DNA from: Eledone cirrhosa
Lineage: Eukaryota
Length of the DNA: 64,000 nucleotides
Reading direction: 5' to 3'
Assembly: GCA_964016885.1 (NCBI GenBank)
Contig: OZ024759.1
Span: forward strand, 18,290,001 to 18,354,000
Shown here: in pieces, positions 13,406-26,645 of the stretch
Position numbering within the stretch: position 1 is the stretch's first letter
How the letters are laid out: each line of letters opens with the position of its first letter
Notes under the pieces: generated by a model
The model's database searches: none
Told to the model about the DNA's origin: nothing
Seen by the model: the letters and a program-made list of their open reading frames with translations, nothing else
Program-made: the position numbers and the translations under genes

Positions 13406-13702
13406 CATAAATAGGAAATATAAATTTCAGGTGTCAGCTTTTTATATACTGCTTCAAGTTTTTGTATTGAAGGGTGGATGTGCATGTAGAAAAACAATAA
13501 GTGAATTTACCGGTTTGGTTGTGTTCACTGTAATCAATAGAATGGTCTATCTATTAATCTGTATATTTATGTATGTATACATGAATATATTTATTTATAT
13601 ATAATAAAGGAATGAAGAATAATATATGTATATATGTGTGTGTGTGTGTGTATATATATATATTTACATATACATATATACATATACATATATATATATA
13701 TT

Positions 13703-13737
<35 letters not shown>

Positions 13738-14559
13738 CAGTTCCTGTATGAGCAAGGCATAGTCAGCCGACCAGAAACGTTCCACAACAGGACAACCCGT
13801 CTAACCCATGCTAGCGTGGAAGAACGGACGTAAAACGGTGATGATGATGGTGATATATATATATTTACATATATATATATATATACACATATATATATAT
13901 ATATTTACATATACATTTACATATACATATCATCATCATCATCTTCATTTAACGTCCATCTTCCATGCTAGCATGAGATATATATATTTACATATACATA
14001 CATAGATATATATATATACATACATACATTTATATATATATATATATATATTTATTTTCTTATTATGGATTGGTAAATGGTGAAACATTCTGACAAATTA
14101 AATGAAATGAAAAATGTTATATATGGGAATTTGTGTGTGAGGTCAACGATCGAAATGCAATTTAAATCATGCTTTCCACCTCTTCTATCATGGCTCAAAT
14201 CCACAGAATTATGAAATGAATCTTTTATTAAGCCATGTTACTGAATTCAGTCTCATGCATGTGCGTTAATAAAACATTCATCAGCTCTCCAGTGCATCCA
14301 CTGAACTATTGGATTAGCTGTTTATGGATTTCTAGTCTTATATGTGTATGCAGGTGTTTTTGTGGTGGTTTTATGAAACTACATTGGCAAGGTGCTATAT
14401 GACTGTAATTGTGACTGCTTCACATGAAAAACTGTAGTCTTTAGTTTACTCTGCATTTTCATAATGATCTGTCCATTGAAAAAAGATTCTATTAGAAGCC
14501 ACAGTAGCAAAACCTTGTTCTTCTTTCCTATGTGGGTAGCACAGACGGACTCCTTAGGC

Positions 14560-15060
14560 ATGCCTTCAAGAGGGTCTTATCAGAAGCAACAACCACTTCC
14601 AATTGATCTGGCTGGATCCCCAAGCAGGGTTATGGATGTTATCCAACCCTTGTTCGTAGTCCACCCCTGGGTCTCTTGCCAATTGGCTTTGTCCTTAAAA
14701 TCTGTCATGCAATTCTTTCCTTAGACATTCTAACCCCATATCTGTATGTAGTATTGGAGCTGTGATTTCTCAATGTGGAGAGGTAGTCACTCTACCCTGA
14801 GTGACTGTCTGATCTCTGAGCTACACACTCTATTGAGGAACATTACCCCAAAGATCTTTTGGCTGATTATATTTGCAATCATATTTTGGGGGTCATAACA
14901 CAAAATTCATGACTATAGTGAAGTATAGGCACAAATACTGTAATGAAGATAGCAAGTTTGGCTTTTACATCTACCTCCCTTCTTCTAGTGACCAAATCCT
15001 GAAGTTGGTACATTAACACACCAGCTCCAGCAATTCTTTTCTTGAATTTAATTCAGCCCC
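14560..15060 (-). mobile_element. Old RTE-clade LINE fragment
   Basis: Minus strand PIGKRPRGGLRTR resembles the RTE C-terminal G.R.RGRP motif; heavily decayed. Confidence 0.5.
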
Positions 15061-15689
15061 TTTCCTTCCATCACTTTCTTTAAAAATACAAATGGGCATT
15101 ATGAGTACATCACATTAAAATTAAAGCCATTGTTTTAGTTAACTGCAATTTTTAACAATGATCTATCAACCAGTAAAGATAGTATAAACATTTGAATTCA
15201 TAAACCTGCTTTTAGACATTTTCTGCTAAATCATTACAGCATGTTAATAGCTAAGCAGGTCACACACTGAAAGCAGGCACGGCTGAATGGTTAAGAGGTT
15301 TCCTTCACAATCATAAGACTCTGTATTTGATTCTATTTTATGACATCTTGAGCAAGTGTCTTCTATCATAGCCTCAGATCAAACTGAGCCATGTGACCTT
15401 GTGGGTCAAATTGTGTAGACGGAAAGTTTTGAAATCTGTCAGTTTGACACTGCTTGTAATTCAGAGGTGTCGTGCCTGTCACACACTGTCATGCTGAATC
15501 TCGCTGAGAATTATGTTAAAGTTGCATGGGCTTAAGGAATGTTCAGCCACTTAGCTTTATTTGCAATTTAAGGTGTATGTTATTCCAGGGGTGGCTTTAG
15601 TCTTTTGGGGCCCTAAGCACTTAAAATATTATGATGCCTTCCCCTACCCCATACAGGAAGTCAACAGAAAAACATTTTTCTTGTAATGA

Positions 15690-16135
15690 CATCATCATCA
15701 TCACCGTTTTACGTCTGTTCTTCCATGCTAGCATGGGTTAGACGGGTTGTGCTGTTGTGGGCAGTATCCAGTCGGCTGACCTTGTCTTGATCATACGAGA
15801 ACTGATTCTGGCTTGATTTCTACAGCTGGATGCCCTTCCTAACACCAACCTCATTTACAGTGAGTGCTGGGTGCTTTTTTTTAATGTGGCGCCTACACGT
15901 CCACTTTACAGTATGGGCTGGGTGCTTTTTTTCCATGGCACCTCCACAACCACTTTGCAGTGGAATGATAGGGACCCCAGTCCCTATCATCTCATTTCTA
16001 CAGCTGAGTAAACTGGAGCAATGTGAAATAAAGTGTCTTGCTCAAGGAAACAACACATCACCCGGTCCGAGAATTGAACTCACAATCTTTTGATTGCAAG
16101 CCCAATGCTCTAACCACTAAGCCATGCGCCTTCAC
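15690..16135 (-). mobile_element. tRNA-derived SINE with RTE-like tail
   Basis: Head AAGGCGCATGGCTTAGTGGTTAGAGC on minus strand; (CAT)n at the left end. Confidence 0.85.
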
Positions 16136-16818
16136 CGTTACATTAAAATGCTTTTGCGGTCTTGTCTGCAGGGTGCAGCCCTAACACTGCCAAGTCCTAG
16201 ACCTAGAGCTCATCACCCTCCCTCTTCCCCCTTCCATTCTTCTGTGACCCTAGAGCACTTGCCCTTCCATTCATTTTCCGTTTTTAAATAGCTGTAGTGT
16301 TGTTATTTGAAATAGATTTGTTTACAATTTTTTTTATACAACTGTGAATGAAAATATATTATTTAAATTGGATGCCTTAAACATCTGTTTATTTTGCTTA
16401 ATGTATAATCCATCCATGGGTTATATCATAGATCACACAACTGTAAAACTTATCATTAAAAATATACCTGTTGTCACAGTTCACAGTTGGTGTCATAGCA
16501 TAGATTTAGTCAGCTCCCTGTGAGAGGAATGCACTTGTGGAAACATGTCAACACATTTCCTGTAAGGTGAGATGGGATTTGAACTGAGTGTACAGTAACA
16601 AATATTACAATATATACACTCTAATGACTCTAAAAAATCTCCGCTCTTGTATAGATAGTATATACATATTAGTTTGTGTATGCAAAAGTATCTATATATT
16701 ACATTGTAAAGAGGTAAGACTATTAATAAAACAGAATTAAATGTTTGATTCGCAACAGTAGATATGTGTTATTTTCCAATCTGTAATTGATGTTTACAAA
16801 TGTTTTCCATTGAATATA

Positions 16819-16863
<45 letters not shown>

Positions 16864-17284
16864 ATGTATATGTATGTATGTATGTATATGTATATATATG
16901 TATGTATGTATATGTATGTATATGTATGTGTATGTATATGTATGTATATGTATTCACCTGTATGTATGTGTGTATACACATATATATATGTGTGTGTATT
17001 CATATGTCTATATGTGTGTATACATATCTATATGTTTGTGTGTATACATATGTATATATGTGGGTGTGCGTGTGTATACACCTGTATGTATGTGTGTGTA
17101 TACACATGTATATGTGTGTGCGTATTCATCTGTATATATGTGTGTTTGTGTACTTATGTATATATGTGTGTGTACACATGTACATATGTGTGACTAAATG
17201 CTTATGTATATATGTGTGCATATACATATGTGTATATGTGTGTGAATATACATATGTATATTTATATGTCTGACTGTATACAAA

Positions 17285-18055
17285 TACTCCCTCCACAACA
17301 CTAGTATCAAGAAGTCTTATTGTGAACATGACCTGGGCATTACGGTCAGCAGCGATTTGCGTTGGACAAAGTACATCTCTAAAATTGTCGAGAAGGCCAA
17401 GAGTGTCTTGGCATCACTCAGCAAGACCTTTGTCAGCCACTCTCCAGCTATCTATTTAAAGTTGTACATAGCTATGGTGTGGCCACACTTAATATTCGAA
17501 TCACTAGTCTGAACCCCCTATCTTGCCCAGAATATTGACCTACTGGAAACTGTTTAGAGACGTGCAAACAAGTGAATACCCTCCATCAGGCATCTACCAT
17601 ACTCTGAACGCCTTGCTTCCTTGGGCATGGATACATTGAAGCTCCGACGCTTGGCAACTGACTTGGTAAACACCCCCAAAATTATTAACCATCTTGCTAA
17701 TAACAACTCTGAGCACCTTTTTGATTTCCATGTGTGTAACACACGTGGGCATGCCCACAAAGTCAGAAAACAGCACAGCTCCCATGACTTTCGGAAACAT
17801 TTTTTCATGTTCAGAGTTGCTGAAGCATGGAACAAACTACCTGCATCAGTTGTTAGCTGCCGAGACACTGCATCCTTTAATGCTTCCTGAAATTTGCCAA
17901 CACTAAACCTGATATCCCCCCACCATACACACGCACACATGTATATCATAACTCATACACTGTTCACTTTCCTGACATTTGTACATTATTCTATGTACTA
18001 TACATGCACCTTTCATGAGTTGTAGTGCACCTGAGCACTGTACACAACAATTTCA
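17285..18055 (+). mobile_element. CR1-clade LINE 3' fragment (degenerate ORF2 C-terminus plus 3' UTR)
   Basis: DLGITVSSDLRW...YSERLASLGMDTLKLRRLATDL...TRGHAHK...FRVAEAWNKLP; internal stops; second copy at 60805-61090. Confidence 0.85.
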
Positions 18056-18240
18056 TTGGCAGTATCGGTAGAGGGTCGGACACCATGCTTTGCAGCAAAG
18101 AGTTACGACCCTTTACGGTCTGAGTTCAAATCCCGCCAAAGTTAACATTGCCTTTCATTCTTACAGGGCTGATATAATAAAGTACCAGTAATACACTGGG
18201 ATAATTGCTGGCCTTGTGCCAAAAGTAGAAACAATTATAT
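18056..18240 (+). mobile_element. tRNA-derived SINE with Nin/Deu-like domain
   Basis: TGGCAGTATCGG A box, GAGTTCAAATCC B box, gcctttcat..ttac.ggg..gata.aataaagtaccag domain; many copies in window. Confidence 0.85.
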
Positions 18241-18854
18241 ATTATTTTAAAACCTGGTGGAGTCCATCTCCTCTCTAGTTCTGAATATAACAGATTTCTT
18301 CCAGAGAAAGCTAGAGAGTGATAGAAAAGAAATGAGAAACAGATATAGAGGAATAATTTACTCCAATATAAGACTGGTACATTTTATCGACCTTGAATGG
18401 AAGAAAGGCAAAGTTGACCTCGGCAGAATTTGAACCGAATTAACCAAAACGAATACGACAAAGTATTCTATCTGATGTTTTAACGACTCTGCTAATATGC
18501 CGCCTAAACATATACATACATATAATCATATATATATATATATATACACACATACAAATATCTATATATATATGTGTGTGTGCATACATATATATTTATA
18601 TATGCGGAAAGAGAAAGACAGATAAACATGTGAATAGGGTATAAAGAAACCCCCGCACATAAATAAATAATTTTGCATGGAAGAGTGATTTAAGAAAAAT
18701 ATTAAACATCTATGTTATTCCTGCTTTGATCTTGTGGTGTGTCTCCTAGATGGTCATCCATCATACCCTTGGGTAAACATTATCATTAGAGTGAAATTTA
18801 ATAATTGAATAGTTGGAAATTTTATGAAAGCTTTTTGTATGTGCATATATAAAT

Positions 18855-18925
<71 letters not shown>

Positions 18926-18967
18926 TATTTCTGTGTGTAAATATATATCTGTATATATACATATATA

Positions 18968-19230
18968 AGGCGCATGGCCTAGTGGTTAGAGCATTGGGCT
19001 TGCAATCGAAAAGGTGTGAGTTCGATTCTCGGACTGGGAGATGTGTTGTGTCCTTGAGCAAGACAGTTTATTTCATGTTGCTCCAGTTTACTCAGCTGTA
19101 GAAATGAGTTGTGACATCACTAGTGCCAAGCTGTATCAGCCATAGCCTTTCCCTTGGATATCATCGGTGGTGTGGAGAGGGGAGGATGATATGCATTGAT
19201 GACTGCTGGTCTTCCACAATCAAACTTGTA
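18968..19230 (+). mobile_element. tRNA-derived SINE (CORE/Meta-like)
   Basis: GGCGCATGGCCTAGTGGTTAGAGC...GAGTTCGATTCTC head followed by gtgttgtgtccttgagcaagaca. Confidence 0.85.
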
Positions 19231-19795
19231 TATTATATATATGTACATATATAAATTCATTGAGTTGCTTCAACTGTTGGTTCTTCAGAGCTCTTTCTAG
19301 CCGATACTATGTCCAGTCTTGTTTATCTTTGCCCTGGCTGTTGAAACCTTATTTGATATGATTTGGAGTCAAGATTTAAACAAAATCTCTGCTCTCGACA
19401 GATATAAAGTTATTTTGTAGAGTGTAGACATTATTAATCCAATTCCTCTGATGATTAGTTCCTTACCTTTCATTGCTTTACCAAAATCTATTGTTGATTA
19501 CTTGAATCGATGGTTCACTTTGATTTTTGGACTATGAAACCTTTAAAGGAAGTATGTTGTCCTGAATAATATTTGATTTATATATATGTACAAAATACTG
19601 TGTTTCTCAAATGATATAATGGTTTTTTTCTCTTTCTACATCTTTTAAATGTAATATATATATATAAATATAAATATCTAGGGAGTGTAAAGTGCCGTTA
19701 CTCTAGGTTCACCCAAGTGAGCACTCGATTCCTAGTTTCCCATCTGTAACGAAGTGAAGAACTAAACACAGTGTATATATATAATAGAAAAGGAT

Positions 19796-20035
19796 GAATT
19801 GTTATGCCTTCATTGCGTTTATTGAGTAGTGATGCACGTTTTGCTATTGAACAGCTCAAGGTTCGATCTGTATTGATCTGGCTGGTCGGACCTCTGCTGT
19901 TGCAATTACCACAGCAGAGGTACGACAAACTTTTGATACCAGAGTCGGGCTAGATTGATACAAATCAAACCTCGAACTGATCAATAGCGAAACACGTGTC
20001 CCTACTCAATAAACATAGTGGAGGCATCACAATTC
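19796..20035. repeat. ~240-bp imperfect fold-back palindrome
   Basis: gaattg...gtttattgagtag...cctctgctgt / acagcagagg...ctactcaataaac...caattc; TA-flanked. Confidence 0.8.
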
Positions 20036-20431
20036 GTACATTTAATATTATATATATATATATATATATATCACATAGGAAACGGAGAATCAGTGGTGCG
20101 ACGAATAAGTCTAATAAATCTTATTCGTCACACCACTGATTCTCCATTTCCTATGTGATATTATACTCTGCTCTGTAAGAGCATAGAGTGCTCAAACGGC
20201 ATACCGCTTACGGACACTTTAAGTATCCCACACCAATTATATATATATATATATATATATATAAGTTGAAAAAATGAAAACGAAATTTCATTTCTCACTC
20301 TTAGTATGGCACTTACTTAAATGTAAGTATGTATGTATACAAACAAACGAACAAAGCAGGCGTTATAATAAACGTCGGCTAAACTGATGCGTGCATATAT
20401 GTATGTGTACCTGTATGCATATGTGTATATG

Positions 20432-20467
<36 letters not shown>

Positions 20468-21117
20468 TGCTACTGTACCTCTGTATACATATATGTATGT
20501 ACGTATACATACATACTTACATATATATATATATATGTCTCCATATATACGTAAAAGAACATGCCCCCATGCACACATGCAACTTAAACAACATCTCATA
20601 CAAGAAAAGTGATTCCATGAAATATTACATCATAAATTGACATCATCCTCCGGCTTCTCTTGAATAATAAAACAAACATCAAACAACACTTGAAAGAGGT
20701 TCATAAAATTAAAATTAAAATTTAATTCCAAAGAGAAGAAGCCGGAACATTTTTCTCCGAGAGTCCTTTATACTCTGAAGAAGGGAATTTTAAATCTCAA
20801 AATATTAGGACGAAAAAAAAAAACAACTGCAACAAAAATAAAGCAAAACAAAGATTACAGATAACTAACTTTTTCGTTACCTCCATTTTACAATCCATTT
20901 GTATTATTTAGCTTTATTAAATATATCAATTTCCATACAATATGATGAGCACTACATTACCGAGGTGGGCCAAACTAATTGACAGGTATCATCAGAGCAT
21001 TCTGCATGAATATGAAGTATTTGGTGATACCACATGAGCCCTTTAAATGCTACATGGCATATTACTTTATATGTGTGTATATATATATATACACACATAT
21101 ATATATATACACACATG

Positions 21118-21153
<36 letters not shown>

Positions 21154-21215
21154 TATATATATAGAGATATATCTATATATATAAATATATATATATATAC
21201 ATATGTATGTATACA

Positions 21216-21247
<32 letters not shown>

Positions 21248-21294
21248 CACATGTATATATACGTATATATATATATATGTGTGTGTGTGTTTGT

Positions 21295-21326
<32 letters not shown>

Positions 21327-21330
21327 GTAT

Positions 21331-21523
21331 ATAGGAAAAAGTATGACCCCGATGCAGAGCTCAAGCCGTTTTGACGGCTATTTCAGTCCAGCAATAGCTG
21401 TCGAAGCGCCTTGAGCTCTGCCGTCGGGGTCATACTTTTCCTATTACCCACTCTCCTACCCTAAGTATTGATTACTCTGGTGCGTTATGGTCCATCTGGT
21501 TCCTTACCACAATTCCTTCGTTA
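21331..21523. mobile_element. (TA)n-inserted hairpin element (third copy of family)
   Basis: ATAGGAAAAAGTATGACCCCGA...TCGGGGTCATACTTTTCCTAT hairpin plus shared tail. Confidence 0.75.
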
Positions 21524-21558
21524 TATGTATATATATATATATATGTATGTATATATAT

Positions 21559-22068
21559 GGGGAGGGTCATATTGTTGTAATAATATTGCCAGAATTAAAA
21601 ACAGAACACACTCACTGTTTGGTTGGTTTTCGCTTTTGTATCTTTTATATCAGTTAATTTATTCGGTCCTCAATGTTTACTATTGTCTGACCAACGGTCA
21701 AAAATACAGATATAATATAGATATAAACATATATATAGTCTAACAAAGTTCTTTCGTTGCACATCTGCAACATCGTCAGTGGTGCTTTATTTGAAATAAA
21801 GATGGTGTAGACATACAATACAACAGGAGGAAACATAATAGCACCACTGACGATGTTGCAGATGTGCAACGGAAGAACTTTGTTAGATTATATATATGTG
21901 TTTATATTATATCGGTATTTTTTACCATTGGTCAGTAAATGGTAAACATTGGGGACCGAATAAATTAAATTAACTGATATAAAAGATACAGAAGCGAACA
22001 CCAACCAAACAGTGAGTGTGTTCTGTTATTAATTCTGGCAATATTATTACAACAATATGACTCTCCCC
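21559..22068. mobile_element. ~510-bp fold-back element
   Basis: Arms of ~225 bp from GGGGAGGGTCATATTG to CAATATGACTCTCCCC; relative at 40822-41028. Confidence 0.8.
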
Positions 22069-22929
22069 AAGTATAACAATATTTGTTTCCACACACAATT
22101 TTCATATAAAAAACCTCGCAAAACTATGTGTATATACATATATATATATGTATATAAATATATATGTATGTATATATATGTATATATATAAGCTATGTAA
22201 CATTTAATGTTATGTGTTTACGTATATATATATATATGTGTGTGTATGTATGTATGTATATATGTATACACATATATATGCTATTTCAATTTCATATATT
22301 AATACATGCAAGAATATTCCATAAATATATTTTTTCATATGCATATTTCATTTATTATGCATTTCAGTTTTGTATACACACATACATGGTTGAATGCATG
22401 TGTATTTACATATGCATACATGCATTTATACACACATACATATATGCATATATGCACACACATACATGGTTGAATGCATGTTTGATAGATTTTACTGTAT
22501 ATATATGTGTGTGTGTGGGTATGTGTGGGTATGAATATATACTTACATATGCATACATGCACCCTCACACGCATACATACATAGATAGTTCAATGGTTGT
22601 TTGATAGATTTATATGAGTGTGTGTATATAGATGTATGCATATGTACTTTCATATGCATACATGCATTTAAACACACATACATATATGCATATATGCACA
22701 CACATACATAGTTGAATGCTTGTATGTCAGATTTATATGTATGTATATGTGTGTTTATGAATATGCAATTACATATGCATGCTTGCATACATACACACAC
22801 ATAAATACAGACATGCACATAGAGGTATAGACCAACTGTCATACATAATGACACACACACATATGCCTACAAGCATCAAAAACACACTCATATACATATG
22901 CATATATATACACATACATGCATACATAC

Positions 22930-23810
22930 TCACACACATACATACATACTCACACACATATTGAGACACACTCATACACACACACACATACATAAATATA
23001 CACAGGTACAAAGAGGCATACATACTCACACACATATTGAGACACACACATGCACATGCACATACACACACACACACACATAAATATACACAGGTACAAA
23101 GAGGCATACATACTCACACACATTGAGACACACACACACACATAAATATACACAGGTACAAAGAGGCATACATACTCACACACATATTGATACACACACA
23201 CACACACACATACATAAATATACACAGGTACAAAGAGGCATACATACTCACACACATATTGAGACACACACACACACACATAAATATACACAGGTACAAA
23301 GAGGCATACATACTCACACACATATTGAGACACACACACACATACATATACATAAATATACGCAGGTACAAAGAGGCATACATACTCACACACATATTGA
23401 GACACACATACACACACACATACATAAATATACACAGGTACAAAGAGGCATACATACTCACACACATATTAAGACACACACATACACACATATACATAAA
23501 TATACACAGGTACAAAGAGGCATACATACTCACACACATACACACACATACATAAATATACACAGGTACAAAGAGGCATACATACTCACACACATATTGA
23601 GACACACACATACACACACATACATAAATATACACAGGTACAAAGAGGCATACATAAACACACACATATTGAGACACACACATACACACACATACATAAA
23701 TATACACAGGTACAAAGAGGCATACATAAACACACACATATTGAGACACACACATACACACACATACATAAATATACACAGGTACAAAGAGGCATACATA
23801 AACACACACA
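22930..23810. repeat. ~60-bp CA-rich minisatellite
   Basis: Repeated cataaatatacacaggtacaaagaggcatacatactcacacacatattgaga with variable (CA)n. Confidence 0.9.
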
Positions 23811-24380
23811 CACCTATGATATATACACACATAGATACACACACACATATAGACAGACATAGACACGCACATACATAAATACACACAGGCACACAGCGGC
23901 ATACATGCTGACAGACATACATAAACACACACACGCTCACACACGTACATACGCACACATAGACACACACACACACACACACAAAACACACACACGTACG
24001 TACGCATACATTGGCACACCCATAGACACATACACACACACATATAGACACGCACATGTACATACAAACACACACATACATACACATACACATGTGAATG
24101 GAAGCCCAGTCCAATATGGTGGATCAACATCTACTGAACTGGTAAATAGTATAAACTCAACTTTGCAATGAAAATTTGTATCTCTCAGATTTAATTACAC
24201 TATGGATTTTGTCACAATATATATATATATGAATGTATGTATGTATATACATACGCACACACACACACATATATGTATATATATATATATATATGTGTAT
24301 ATATATATGTTTATATATATGTATATATATATATACACACATATATATATACACATATATATTTGTGTGTGTGAGTGTAA

Positions 24381-24421
<41 letters not shown>

Positions 24422-24495
24422 TATTTGTGTGTGTGAGTGTAAGCATATATATATATATTTATTTATTTATTTGTATGCAAATATGTATAATATAC

Positions 24496-24533
<38 letters not shown>

Positions 24534-24562
24534 TTGTATGCATATATGTATATATGTATGTT

Positions 24563-24623
<61 letters not shown>

Positions 24624-24666
24624 TTGTATGCATATATGTATATATGTATGTTTGTGTGTGTATATA

Positions 24667-24733
<67 letters not shown>

Positions 24734-25537
24734 ATGCAAATATGTATAATATACAGATATATATATATATATATATATATACATGTGTCTTTTGTACCGT
24801 AAAATCAATTTGGGTTTGCTTGGCGCTTGTCTAGCAATTGTAGCGAATGGTTCCTCCATCTTTGTGTGTCATTATTGAGGACATGGTTAGCATGACTTAT
24901 CTTCAAATTCCATATCAGAAGAAAGAGGCATTAATACCTATTACTGCACCATATCTATTTACGAAGAGGGAACCAATCAGCTCTTTCTGTTAATCTGGCA
25001 CAGAATTACAGACATCGATTCATATGCTTATGCTTCCATAATTCTAAAGACAGCAACACTATGAAACTAGAATGAAACCAAGCAAAAAGATACAGAATAG
25101 GAATTCATTTCATTGGCAAACTATTCATTTGATCTGCATCTGGTGAGATAACTTTGAGATTGTATCTGATATTGACTTTGAGCTTCAGTTTTGCTATTGG
25201 TTTCAATATTGAGTGCACCTGAAGCTAGTTGATGTATATCATAACCCATATATCTAGTTTTTATTAAGTAGGTTAAACACGCCCTTAGTAATCATATATA
25301 TATATATACGGGGGTAACAAATAATAGTTATATGCAGTCCACTTAGGTGTAGTCCAGTTATGGTATTCCGGATAGTGGATGATATCAACGCTTGGCTAAG
25401 TTTGACTCAACAAGGCGTTTTCATAGTGATGCTGCGAGTACGCTGTAATTCCTATGTTGTAAACACTTGGAGTAATGATAAATCAGGAAAGAAGATTGAC
25501 ACGGTTTGCTATACAAAAAAGGTTTTTAATCTCGCAG

Positions 25538-25643
25538 GCTCCGAAGAACTGACTGGTTATAATTTTGTATTGGCGATCGAGTAACGTGAAAACAAGCGGA
25601 TAGCGATCTCTAGACCTACCAGCTCAGAGAAACAATTGTCAGC
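25538..25643 (+). ncRNA. Type I hammerhead-like motif at the apex of fold-back 25478-25703
   Basis: GCT-CCGAAGA-a-CTGACTGGT...ACCAGcTCAG-a-GAAAC-AATT-GTC-AGC; one core substitution. Confidence 0.6.
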
Positions 25644-25697
25644 AATGAGATTAAAAACCTTTTTTGTATAGCAAAACCGTGTCAATCTTCTTTCCTG

Positions 25698-25749
<52 letters not shown>

Positions 25750-26061
25750 CCACGCTGTAATGTGGCCGTGTAGGTAACACGATAAAAACCTCCCAGTCCA
25801 CATTGTAAACGTAGTTGGTATTAGGGAGGGCATCCGGCCGTAGAAAACCCGCCAAACAGTCCTATACGACCAAGACAACCAATCTTGCCTCAAGTGGGAA
25901 AATTCCCGTCCAAACCCATGCTAGCGTGGAAGATGGACGTTAAACGATGATGATGATGATGATGAGATGTCAACATGTATGGACCTGTTATTTTTATCTA
26001 AAGACATTTTTTTCCAAATCAACCCCGCCTGTCCCTTCAATCTATCTTATTTCTCATTATT

Positions 26062-26097
26062 TCTTCTGATGAAGGACTAGCGTCCGAAACGTTAAGA
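26062..26097 (+). ncRNA. Minimal type I hammerhead ribozyme (Penelope-type)
   Basis: TCTT-CTGATGA-A-GGAC-TAGC-GTCC-GAAAC-GTT^-AAGA; intact core, 4-bp stems I and II, loopless palindromic stem III. Confidence 0.75.
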
Positions 26098-26399
26098 CCC
26101 TCTTCCTACTATTTCAAGTTTTAACCTAATATATTCCTCCGATTGTGTTGTTATTTCTGTTTGCCTTTTACATATATATATATATGCATATGTGTATATA
26201 TATATATATATATATACAGTTTATTGCAGACTTCACATTAGAGCCACACACATTTATATATCATCATCTCAGTTTTACATCATATTCCCATACATGCAGG
26301 ATTAAGACATGTCATCCCATTCTGAGTGAGAGATAAAATATAGTCAGTTAGAGAAAGATATTGATAGAAACATAAATGAACCTGCCACAAACATAACCA

Positions 26400-26645
26400 T
26401 AGTAAATTCATGTATATAAACCACTGTGACTAACAAGCTATAGCTGCGTGTATATAAACCACTGACAAAAAAGGTCAGAGTGGAGCTGTATATTTAAACT
26501 ACTGTGACAAATAATATCATAGTTGAGCTGTGTATTTGAACCACTGTGATAAACAATATCATAGTTGATCTGTGTATATAAAGCACTGTTCAAACAAGAT
26601 CATGGTTGAGCTGTGTATTTAAACCACTGTGGCAAACAATATGTG
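26400..26645. repeat. Degenerate ~38-bp tandem repeat
   Basis: Recurrent aaaccactgtga...atagttgagctgtgtat. Confidence 0.7.

Noticed and set aside
18968-19045. tRNA gene
   Set aside because: The tRNA-like head runs into the SINE body and recurs in diverged copies; no proper acceptor stem or poly-T terminator
20770-20815. CTGAAGA followed by a weak hairpin
   Set aside because: GAAA is absent (AAAA) and no adjacent stem I
22930-23810. Constant motif with variable spacers (CRISPR-like)
   Set aside because: The variable part is only (CA)n slippage
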